The notes beneath the pieces are model-generated. The model was not told the DNA's origin. It made no database searches and saw only the letters and a list, made by a program, of their open reading frames with translations. Positions 37,946 to 47,334 of a stretch of 64,000 nucleotides of DNA are shown in pieces (the first letter of the stretch is position 1; each line of letters begins with the position of its first letter). The DNA is from an uncultured Acidimicrobiaceae bacterium (GTDB lineage Bacteria; Actinomycetota; Acidimicrobiia; Acidimicrobiales; CAIXPF01), in NCBI GenBank assembly GCA_963775055.1, contig CAVZHK010000005.1:511305-575304 (forward strand), given 5' to 3'. A program made the position numbers and the translations under genes.

Positions 37946-39175
37946 TTGAACGACTCCCGATATTTCCTGCCTGTTGGCTATCAGGAACGACTCGAACCGT
38001 TCTACTTTGACGATTCGGGTGACCCTGCCGATGTGTGGCAACCCGACGTCTACTCCGTTGCCGGCACGTTGGCGGATCGCCTTCACGCCACCGCGATTGT
38101 GGACGTTGGATGCGGGCGAGCAACGAAACTGCTCCGTCTTGCGAACGTCGCTCCCATCACCGGCATCGACTACGCCGACAACATACGGTCCTGCATCCAA
38201 GACTACCCCGAGCATTGCTGGATTGAATGCGATCTTGAGCAGACTCCAACTTGGACATCGGCGATCCCCGATGGAGCGATAGTAATCTGTAGCGATGTTA
38301 TCGAACATCTTATTGATCCCACGAATCTGCTACAGGGGTTGTTCGCCGCGCTCAACAGGATTCACGCTGTTGTACTTTCGACACCGGATCGAGATGCCAC
38401 CCACGGGCCAAACCATCTTGGTCCCCCACCGCATGTGACCCATGTTCGGGAGTGGTCCCATGGGGAACTGGCCAAGCTGCTGCGATCGCATGAAGCGGAG
38501 GTGTGGGTGGCTGGCCTCACCCGCTCGTGCTCGAGTCGCCTCGAGCTTGCTACTTCACTTTTCGTATTGCGCAAGACCTCCGGGTCAGTTCATCAGCCCG
38601 AGGGCGCGGCTGTTTCCACCGATTCATGGGGCGACTGGTCAGGACCCGCGGATCGGCGACTGGTGTCGCCAGCCCACGGCTCGATCGAGGAACATCTCGC
38701 CGAGGCTCAGCGTCAGGGCGCAACCCGCATCGAAGTGACGGACCTGCAACTTCTCGACGCGATCGCGGGTCGCGCCCCAGCGACGGAGCCCGTCACCTTG
38801 CAGCTTCCGGCGTTGCGGAGCACTTCAATTGACTCTGACGGCGGATCCCGCCCGGCGACGGCCGCGATGAACCTCGTGGCGGTGCCCGCTGACCTTGGTC
38901 CGTATGAGGCACAGGAGCGCATCCATGCCAACATCGCGGTTGCGGTCACCGGTGCTGATGCGTCCTCGAGCTGGTGGCCCCTGCAAAGCACCATTGGCCT
39001 TCGGCGCCGCTTGTCCGAATCACTGGCTGAGCTTTCCACCGTGCTGCGTTCTATTGAGAGCCTGAAGCAGTGGATTGATCAATTGGAGGCGACCAAGCTT
39101 GATCTCATGGCCGAGATCAGAACCCTCAACCACGAGGCAGAATTGCGCGCAGCGCACCTGGACACCTCGCACTAA
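37946..39175 (+). CDS. Class I SAM-methyltransferase with a long C-terminal extension ending in a coiled coil
   Basis: TTG start preceded by GAAAGGAAAG. IVDVGCGRATKL, VICSDVIEHLIDPTNLL..VVLSTPDR. Tail: LSESLAELSTVLRSIESLKQWIDQLEATKLDLMAEIRTLNHEAELRAAHL. Confidence 0.75.
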   Translation: MNDSRYFLPVGYQERLEPFYFDDSGDPADVWQPDVYSVAGTLADRLHATAIVDVGCGRATKLLRLANVAPITGIDYADNIRSCIQDYPEHCWIECDLEQTPTWTSAIPDGAIVICSDVIEHLIDPTNLLQGLFAALNRIHAVVLSTPDRDATHGPNHLGPPPHVTHVREWSHGELAKLLRSHEAEVWVAGLTRSCSSRLELATSLFVLRKTSGSVHQPEGAAVSTDSWGDWSGPADRRLVSPAHGSIEEHLAEAQRQGATRIEVTDLQLLDAIAGRAPATEPVTLQLPALRSTSIDSDGGSRPATAAMNLVAVPADLGPYEAQERIHANIAVAVTGADASSSWWPLQSTIGLRRRLSESLAELSTVLRSIESLKQWIDQLEATKLDLMAEIRTLNHEAELRAAHLDTSH

Positions 39176-39207
39176 GACCTTGCGGACTACAGTTCGCCCG
39201 CCGGGCT

Positions 39208-40383
39208 GTGCCGGCTTCCACCCCGATGACCGCAACGCCTGACCCCGACCCCTCCCCGGCCCGCCCACCGTTTCTCACCGTTGTGCTGCGAACCCAGGGC
39301 CGTCGCCCGATCCTGCTCGGAGAGGCCCTGGCCAGCTTGTCATTGCAGGTCAGTCTTGATTTCGAGGTCTGTGTCGTTCACCATCACAGCGCCGATTTCC
39401 TCCAGAACGAGCAGGACGCAGCGGCAGTGGCGCAGTCCGTCGCCTCCGCGCCTTCCACGGTCCAGGCGCGGATCCGGGTCCTCGAGGCCCCACCGGGCAC
39501 CAGGGGGGTGCCGCTCAACGTCGGGATCGCTGCCGCCCGCGGCACCTACGTAGCGTTTCTCGACGACGACGACCTGGCCCTGCCGGAGTGGGTACTGACC
39601 TTCAAGGAGGCGGCCGGTGCCGCACCGGGAACCCTCATACGGGCCCGCGCCCTGGCACAGGACTGGCGCATGGAGGACGGATCGGCCCGGCCGATAGCTG
39701 GGCCCCGAGCGGCGTACGACCAGCCGTTCGACCTCGTTGACCATCTTCACGAGAATCGGACGCCGATCTGCACCTTGGCGTGGCCGAGCAGCGTATTCGA
39801 AGAGCACCAGGTGCGAGCGGACGAGTCGCTACCGGCATTAGAAGACTGGGAACTCTTGTTGGCAGCGGCCCCCCTTTGCGGGATCACCGAGGTGAACGAG
39901 CAAACCAGCCTTTATCGCCGCTGGGTGACCGACGGGGGCTCCAGGTCCGAGGAGGGCGAGGCAGCTTGGAACGACGCCCGGATCCGGGTTCGTCTCCGTA
40001 GTCTGCAGCGCGATCTGTCATTGCCGGGGCCCTTTTCCGCCCAGGTACACGCCGCTGCGGACGAGCTGGCCCACTTCCGACGGTTCGCCCATGAGCTCGC
40101 TGCGGAACTGGGCCTGGCACTGGAACCCGCAACGGAGCTCAGGCCGGATTCGGTGCCGCCCTCGGTGGCGTTGATCAAGAGTGAGTTCGAGCGGCTCCAT
40201 CGTGATCTGGCTGCGAGCCAGTGCCGCGCCGGCGAACTGAGCGAAGCACTATTGAGCACCTCGAATGAGCTGTCTTTGCTGAAGCGCTCTCCGAATGCGC
40301 TCCTGGATGCGGCCCGCCAGGCGTTGCTCGGTCGCCTCGGCATCAGACCGTCCAGCCGCAAAGGCCGATCGAAATGGCCATGA
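39208..40383 (+). CDS. GT2 glycosyltransferase with helical/coiled-coil C-terminal tail
   Basis: FLTVVLRTQGRRPILLGEALASLSLQ.., AFLDDDDLALPEW (DxD). Tail: LIKSEFERLHRDLAASQCRAGELSEALLSTSNELSLLKRS. Confidence 0.8.
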   Translation: MPASTPMTATPDPDPSPARPPFLTVVLRTQGRRPILLGEALASLSLQVSLDFEVCVVHHHSADFLQNEQDAAAVAQSVASAPSTVQARIRVLEAPPGTRGVPLNVGIAAARGTYVAFLDDDDLALPEWVLTFKEAAGAAPGTLIRARALAQDWRMEDGSARPIAGPRAAYDQPFDLVDHLHENRTPICTLAWPSSVFEEHQVRADESLPALEDWELLLAAAPLCGITEVNEQTSLYRRWVTDGGSRSEEGEAAWNDARIRVRLRSLQRDLSLPGPFSAQVHAAADELAHFRRFAHELAAELGLALEPATELRPDSVPPSVALIKSEFERLHRDLAASQCRAGELSEALLSTSNELSLLKRSPNALLDAARQALLGRLGIRPSSRKGRSKWP

Positions 40384-41453
40384 GACCAGGATCCTTCCTG
40401 GCTCCAAGCGCGGTGGCCAACGGCGCCCGAAGGCTGCTTCGCCGGATCGGTGGTGCCTTTCTCGGACTGCCCCTACTTATTGATAGAGGTCGGGCACGCG
40501 CTATGCAACGGGGGGCCAGGCGACGCACAGGTCCCAGAGGGCGCGGACCTGTGCCCACGGGTTGGCAGGAGGCCCCCGCAGGGCCGTGGGACGCGTTGGG
40601 CGCGAACAACGGTGCCTGTTGCAACATTTGCCGGTGGGACGGCGCCGCGTTCGACGGGCCGGCCCATTGTGAGGGGGCCCGCTGCCCACAATGCGGTTCG
40701 ATCGCCCGGGACCGGTTCCTGTTCTGGGCTTTGCGGTTGGCGGTGGCTCATCCGGAGGAGGGAGCTGGCGCACTGCGGGTGTTGGAGACCAGCCCGCGTC
40801 TCGACGGCCGCTACCGCCGGGCCATGGGCGGCTGGTTCGACTATCTCTGCTCGGACTTCGATGAGCGGGCCCACGCCGGCACCATCCAGCTCGACCTGCA
40901 GGACATCGCCCTGCCTAGTGACAGCTTCGACGTCGTTCTCAGTGCCCACGTCCTCGAGCACGTGCCCGACACCGGGGCCGCACTGGCCGAGCTATACCGG
41001 ATCCTTGCCCCCGGTGGCACCCTGTTGCTGCAGGTTCCGGTCCTGCAGGAGCACACCGCGGCGCCAACCCAACCCGAGTTTCACGGTGACAACACCCCGG
41101 TGGCCTGGCGCTTTGGCCCCGAGTTGAGCGACCAGCTGGCCGCCGCCGGGTTCGACGTGCAGCTGCTGGCCACCGACGCGTTGCTGGCAGCGGCTCAATG
41201 CACGGGTGACGGCGCGTCCCGGCCATGGGGGCCTGAAGTGTCCCCGGAGTTTGACGCGGAAGCGGTTATCCGGGGCCTTCGCCAGACCGTTGGCGACCCG
41301 GGTGAGGCTGACGGCCAGGGCCAGGGCAGCACCCTGCGCCCCGAGTTGTGTGGGGTTGCTGACGCTGCCGTCGCCGCCCGTCACGGTTTTGAGCCGGCGT
41401 ACATGTTCCTCACCTGGGCCTGTTCCAAGCCGGAACTGCCTTCTCAGCGCTAG
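40374..41453 (+). CDS. Class I SAM-methyltransferase with N-terminal Cys4 zinc-ribbon-like motif
   Basis: CCNICRWDG..CEGARCPQCGS, then FDVVLSAHVLEHVPDTGAALAELYRILAPGGTLLLQVP. Start uncertain (ATG 40374 overlaps the upstream stop; alternative ATG 40503). Confidence 0.75.
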   Translation: MAMRPGSFLAPSAVANGARRLLRRIGGAFLGLPLLIDRGRARAMQRGARRRTGPRGRGPVPTGWQEAPAGPWDALGANNGACCNICRWDGAAFDGPAHCEGARCPQCGSIARDRFLFWALRLAVAHPEEGAGALRVLETSPRLDGRYRRAMGGWFDYLCSDFDERAHAGTIQLDLQDIALPSDSFDVVLSAHVLEHVPDTGAALAELYRILAPGGTLLLQVPVLQEHTAAPTQPEFHGDNTPVAWRFGPELSDQLAAAGFDVQLLATDALLAAAQCTGDGASRPWGPEVSPEFDAEAVIRGLRQTVGDPGEADGQGQGSTLRPELCGVADAAVAARHGFEPAYMFLTWACSKPELPSQR

Positions 41454-43231
41454 CGAGCAACGCAAACAAGCGGCGCTCGAACGCGGGCAGATCAAAGTCC
41501 GCGGCTCGTTGGCGGGCGGCAGCAGCCATCACCTGGCGACGGTGTGGGTCCGCGATCAGCGCTGCGGTGTGTTCGACCAACTCGTCGATTGAGGCGAAGT
41601 GGTGGCCTTCCACCCCGTCATCGAACACCTCGAGCTGACCGGCCATCCCGATGGCCACGGGCACCGCGCCGGCGGACATGGCCTCCACGGTGGAGATGCC
41701 GAAGTGCTCCATGCGTTCGGGATGGGCCTCGGGGTCCTCTCCCAGGCCGGTGGCGTGCCAGTAGATCGACGCCCTGGCAAAAAGGTCACGGAGCGTGGCG
41801 GCGGGGGCGTTGGCGTGCACCTCCACCAGCAGGTCTTCGACGGCCGCCCGCACCTGGTCCAGGTACGCGGCGCCCTCATCGTCACAGCCGCCCACCAGGT
41901 GCAACGCCCACCCGTCGGCCTTGCCGGCACCAACCAGCCGTCCGAAGGCGTCGATCAGTTCCAGCTGACGCTTGCTGTGGCCGGCTTTGGGTGGGAAGAA
42001 CCGTCCAACGTGCAGGATGAGCGGTTCTTTGTCGCCGCTGGGTTGGCCCGCCACCGGTGGATTGAGCACCTCCGACGATCGGCCCCACAGACGCTCGACC
42101 CACGTGGCGGTGAAGCGGGAGTTGGCCACCACCTGCTGATAGGTGTCGAGGAAGTCACGCGGCGCCGCAGCCGCGGACAGCGGTTGGTGCACCGCCTGCA
42201 GCAACCGGCTGTACCACGGCCCCACCAGCACCCCCAGCACCGACAATCCGAGCACCCGTTGATCACTGGCGGGTCCGGGGGGCAGGTGGGTGCCACTGCG
42301 CAACACCAGCCGCGTCGGACCATCGTCTACTGACCCGGCGCGGTCCGCCAGGAGCGGTGCCACCGGGGCAGTGACCCCGGTGAACGGCACCCGGGGCCAA
42401 AATCGCCATGCGTGGGCGGCACCGGGCCAAAGCGTCCGCCGGGCCATCGTCGCCATGCCGGCTGGCAATGGCCCTGCCGCGCTGATCAGTCGAGGCCGCA
42501 GCGTCGGGGTGCGCCGGGCCCGGGTTCAGTGACAGCTCAACCTCGATACCGTCGGGCTGGTCCGGGCCGGGCCGCCCGACCAACACCGTGACCCGCCACG
42601 GAAAGTGGTTACGCCACCACCCCCATTTCCGGCGAATCGACGTCGATTCGACCCTACGGGGCAAAAAGCGCCGTAGGGCCCCTGACCGGTGTCGGTCGAC
42701 CGCGGTCAGTGAGATCTGCAGCTCTCCGCAGCCGTCGGTCCAACGATGGGTCAGCGGGCCGCGCCGCTCGGGCGCGTACACCCCGCCCACCCAGCTGGCC
42801 GGTTCCAGGTCGGTGCCGGTCATCTTGGCCAGCCGACCCACCGCCCGAAGCACGAAACGTCGCCACCCCGTCGGCGGCGGCGCCCCCACCACCGGGAAGT
42901 GCACCACGTACATCCCCCGTGGCGCCCGGTTTGCCAACACACTGCCGTAGCTGGCGTTGATGAACACGTCGTAGTCTGCTGACGCGGCCTCCACCGCGCT
43001 GGGCGAGGGCTCCACCGATCGCCAGCCGACCGCGCCCAGGTCCAGCCCCAGCCGCTCGGCCAGCGCCGCCAGGTCGGGCGAATCGTGGCCGATCAGCTCG
43101 ACCCGATGCCGTGATGACAGCGCCTCAGCGATGCCACCGGCGAACTTCTCGCCACCCCCGCCGGTGGGCCAGAACCGGTTGTACACCCCGATCCGCAGCC
43201 CCTCAAGGCCGGAGCCCCCGGAGCCGGTCAC
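41410..43231 (-). pseudogene. Large GT4-family glycosyltransferase with one frame break (between ~42300 and 42520)
   Basis: N-terminal half is in ORF 42263-43645 from GTG 43231 (LRIGVYNRFWPTGGGGEKFAGGIAEAL). C-terminal half is in ORF 41410-42468 (ILHVGRFFPPKAGHSKRQ..MEHFGISTVEAMSAGAVPVA). These two halves of one GT-B fold are in different frames. Confidence 0.75.
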
Positions 43232-44466
43232 CGAGCGTCGGGGTCCACAGGGGCGCCGCTCCAGTGCCCGTGCAGCGCCACGATGCCCCTGGGCTCCCCC
43301 GGTCGGCCGGCGTCGACCTCGAAGCGCACCAGACGCAGCTTGCGGTCGATGGCGTGCTCGCCGGAGGCGTCGAGGATGGCCGCGCCCAGGGTGTACGCCC
43401 CCGGGACCAGCATCAACGCCGGGATGTCCAACGCCACGTTCCCCTCGCCGGTGATCTTGTCGGCCATGGACGTGCCCACCGTGGAGGGGTTGGCCGCCAA
43501 GGTGCCGTCGAGGGTGTGGATGGAGAAGCGCGAACGTGGGGGTGGCGGTGGGCTCATCGGTCTCGTAGCCCAGGCGCAGGCGAACCGGCTGACCGCTGCG
43601 GACCTTGGGCACGTGCTCGCCCAGCTCGGTGACGGCCACCGCCAACTCCCCGACCCAGCATCGGGACCGCCTCCATAGTGATGTCGGTCAGGCGGACCTC
43701 GGGCCGGGCAGCACGGGACACCATGGCCGACTGCCCGAAATCCAGCCGGGTCAGATAGGCATCGACCACCTGCTGAGGCTGCCCGATGTGGGCCAACTTG
43801 CCCCGATCCAGCCACGCCACGTGGTCACACATGGCGGCCACGGTGGAGAGCGCGTGGCTGACCACCACCACCGTGCGCCCCGCGTCGGACAGCTCCTCGA
43901 AACGCTGATGGCAGCGACGCTGGAACTCCTCGTCGCCCACCGCCAGGACCTCGTCGACCAGCAGCACCTCGGGCTCCACGTTCACCGCGATGGAGAACCC
44001 GAGCCGCACGTACATGCCCGACGAGTAGGTCTTGATGGGCTGGTCGATGGCCTCGATCACCTGGCGGCCGGCGAAATCGACGATCTGGTCGAAGCGGGCG
44101 TCGATCTCCTTGCGCCGCAAGCCGAGGACCGCGCCGTTGAGGTAGACGTTCTCGCGCCCGCTCAGCTCGGGATGGAAGCCCGCGCCCAGCTCGATCAGCG
44201 CCGACAGCCGCCCGTTGACCCGCACGCTGCCCTTGTCCGGTCGGAGGATGCGGGCCATGCACTTGAGCAGCGTGGACTTGCCCGATCCGTTCTAGCCGAT
44301 CAGCCCGAAGGTGGAGCCCACCGGGACCTCGAAGGTCACATCGTCCAGCACCCAATTCTCGTCATAGGTGCCGCGGCCGCCCTCGCAAGACCGCCGACTT
44401 CAGCGACTGGTTGCGCTCGTGGTACAGCCGGAAGCGCTTGGAAACGTGGTCGACCTCGATGGCCAT
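43228..44466 (-). pseudogene. wzt: Polysaccharide ABC-exporter ATPase with C-terminal carbohydrate-binding (Wzt_C-like) domain; 3 or more frame switches plus an in-frame TAG
   Basis: MAIEVDHVSKRFRLYHERNQSLK (ATG 44466), then a shift near 44385, ..FEVPVGSTFGLIG*NGSGKSTLL (TAG at 44292-44294), Q-loop/signature/Walker B in ORF 43554-44258, and a C-terminal domain split over two more frames (VTELGEHVPKVRSGQPVRLRLGY / FSIHTLDGT..LRLVRFEV). Confidence 0.8.
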
Positions 44467-44477
44467 CGACGGGGCGC

Positions 44478-45395
44478 TCACAACTCCTCCGCCAGGCGGG
44501 GCTCGAAGCGGCTGAACACCCAGACCCCCAGGGCCAACATGGCGACCGCCCAACCGGCCACATAGGCCGACCAGCCGAAGTCGGGCAAGCGCAGGTCGTA
44601 CAGCACCCGCGGAACCCTTCGATCAGATCCGACCAGCGGATTCAGGCGGTACAGAGCGAGCTGTAGCCCTTGAGCTCATCGTCGACAGCTTGATCGTGGT
44701 AGGCGATCGGGCAGTGTAGAAGAGCACCTGCAGCATGATGCCCACGAAGTACTGAACGTCGCGGAAGTACACGTTGGCCACGGCAAGGATCAGGCCCACG
44801 CCCAGCGCCAACGCCGCCTGGATTGCCAGCAGCAGCGCCACCATCGGCAGCCACGGCAGCACCATGTTGCCGGCGATCAGCAGGATGATCAGCGCCACCG
44901 ACAGCTCCATCAGGGTGGTGAAGCCGAGCCGCGCCGATTTGGAGACGACCACATGCCGCGTGGGAAGTACACCTTCGAGATCAGGACGCCTGATTCGACC
45001 ACCGAGCCGGCGGCCCCGTTCATGACAGCCGGCGAAGAACGTCCAGGGCACCAACCCGCTGATCAGGATACAGGGCGAAGGATTGCAGGCCCGCACGGAT
45101 CACCCTTGGGCGGGGACACCTTCAGCACCCAGAAGAAGAACGAGAACACCAACACCGTGGTCAACGGGTTGAGCAGCGACCAGAACCACCCGAGGACGGA
45201 GCCCTTGTACTGACCCCGGATCTCCCGCAGCGTCAGCGCCTTGGCCAGCTCCCTGGCCTCCACGTATTCCGCGATGCTTGCCACGAACGTTCTTGGTGCC
45301 TTCAGTCCCGATGGGATCAGTGGCCCCGGCCCGACGCTCGGGGGAGGCCGGGAAAGTCTACGAGGCCGGGCGGCGCAGGGTCGAGATCCCCTCAA
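44478..45395 (-). pseudogene. wzm: ABC-2 type polysaccharide exporter permease with at least 4 frame switches
   Basis: ELAKALTLREIRGQYKGSVLGWFWSLLNPL (ORF 45063-45395). LISGLVPWTFFAG, MNGAAGSVVESGVLISKVYFPR (another frame), VANVYFRDVQYFVGIMLQVLFY, then PIAYHDQ..LYRLNPLV..VFSRFEPRLAEEL-stop (own translation, stop 44478-44480). Confidence 0.75.
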
Positions 45396-45487
45396 CGACC
45401 GAGGACCGATGGATGAGGACCGCGCCGCAGGACGAGCCTGCGGGCCCTATCCTGACCACCTGGCCTTGGCGCGGGAGGCGGCGTGTG

Positions 45488-47147
45488 ATGCGGACAACGG
45501 ACGATCGTCGCAGAGCCTTGCTCTCGACGGCGGTCACCGTGGGCGCGCTGTTGTTCGCGCTGTCGGCCTGGCCCGGCCTGCTCGAGACCGATGATGCCGC
45601 TCCGCCAAGAGGAGCAACGCCGGTTCCGCTCGTTGAGCCCGCCGCCGTCGATGCCGCGGTGCCGAGCGATCGGCGTGCTGTGGCCCGGGAGGTGGCCGCG
45701 CTGACCGCCCCGGCCGCCGGCGAGACCCTCGACGTGTTGATCAGGCTCAACGTTGCCGCCGACGCCAGCCCGGCCATGGTGGCAGACGCCGCCGCCACGC
45801 TCAACGACCAGCTCGACGTGAGCGCCGAACTGGTACACGGCGCCGGTGTGGTTGTCATGCAGGCGGACGCTGAAGCGCTGCACCGCCTGGCCGGTTCGCC
45901 GCTGGTGGCGGCGGTCGAGGCGGACGAGTGGTTGGCTCCGGCGTTGGACCGTTCCACCGCCCAGATCGGCGCCCCCCAGGCGTGGCAGGCAGGGTTCACC
46001 GGTGCCGGTCGATCCGTCGCCATCATCGACTCCGGAGTTGAAGGCTCCCATCCGGCGCTGCTGGGCAAGGTCATCCACGAGGCCTGCTTCAGCAATGTCA
46101 GCTGCCCCAATGGCGCTGCCAGCATGGTGGGCCCGGGCGCCGCGGCTCCCTGCCAGTGGGGGAGCGGGGTGCGAACACGGCACCCACGTGGCCGGCGTGA
46201 TCGCCGCCGGGGCCCCGCCCGCTACCGCAAGCGCCGCCAGTCCAACGGGGCCGGCAAGCCCCAATCCCTTCGAGCCGGACCGCCGCGGCGTGGCGCCTGG
46301 TGCCAGCCTGGTGGCGTTGCAGGTGTTCAGCCAATCCAGCAGCACCGGCTGCGCGCCTGCGCCCACCTGCCCCCGGGCCCGGACCTCGGACGTGTTGTTG
46401 GCGCTGGATCACGTGCTGCAGCTGGCCACCACCGATGCCCTGGCCCAGCCGATCGTGGCGGTGAACCTGAGCCTGGCGTCCGATCTCACCATGGTGGCAT
46501 GCAACGAGTCGATCCTGGCTCCCGCCATTGACCGGTTGTGGGCCGCAGGGGTGGCCACGGTGGTCGCCGCCGGCAACGGGTCCAGCACCACCCGGCTGTC
46601 CATCCCGGCCTGCATCACGTCCTCGGTGAGCGTCGGCGCGCTGGACCAAGCCGGGAACCGCTGGTCGGTCTCGAACTCCTCGGCGTCGTTGGACTACTTC
46701 GCACCCGGCGTGAGCGTGGTCTCCACCTGGCCCGGCTCCGGCTGGCAGGCGTCCTCGGGCACCTCGACCGCGGCGCCCCACGTGGCAGGGGCGTGGGCGG
46801 TGGTCTCCCAGGCTCTGGCCAGCACCGACCCGGCCACCATCGACGGTTGGTTGCGCCGCCAACCCGCCCCGTTGAGCGTCGGTGGCGCCTCCGTGGCCCG
46901 CCTGTCCGTGGCGGCGTTGCCCCCACCCGCGCCGCGGACCAGCACGACTGGCACGACCAGCACGATTCCCAACGCCTCCCAGCCATCGGAGCAACCGCCC
47001 GGCCCGCTGACCGAACCGCTGACCGGCGGTCTCCCGGTGCCAACGGATCCCCGCGCCCAACCCGAGGTGATCCCGATCAGCGAGTCGATCACCTCGTCCT
47101 CAGCGCCCAACGAACGGCGCATCTTCATCGGTGTCCGCCGCCCATAG
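45488..47147 (+). pseudogene. Secreted subtilisin-like (S8) serine peptidase with one frame break in a G-run near 46160
   Basis: N-terminal TM/signal (ALLSTAVTVGALLFALSAW). Asp AIIDSGV is in ORF 45278-46531. His HGTHVAG and Ser GTSTAAPHVAG are in ORF 45846-47147. The frames meet at gtgggggagcggggtgc. Confidence 0.8.
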
Positions 47148-47334
47148 GCCCTGCCCGGTGGATCGTCGACCCCGCCGTTCATGGCAGCCAATGGGCATGG
47201 GCGTAGGGGTTCACGTTGGCCGCCGCCCACCTGTCGATGTCCGCCGCGAGCCGTGCGTGCAATGCGCCGCCAGCGCCCCGTCCCCACCGAGCCTGATGTC
47301 CGCGGCGCTCATGCAACACAGCAGCGACTGGCCA

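Noticed and set aside
44292-44294. TAG in wzt as a recoded codon (pyrrolysine or suppressor)
   Set aside because: No pyl genes are in the window, TAG serves as an ordinary stop elsewhere (for example uxs at 1894-1896), and the same gene also carries frameshifts. A nonsense mutation is the simpler reading.
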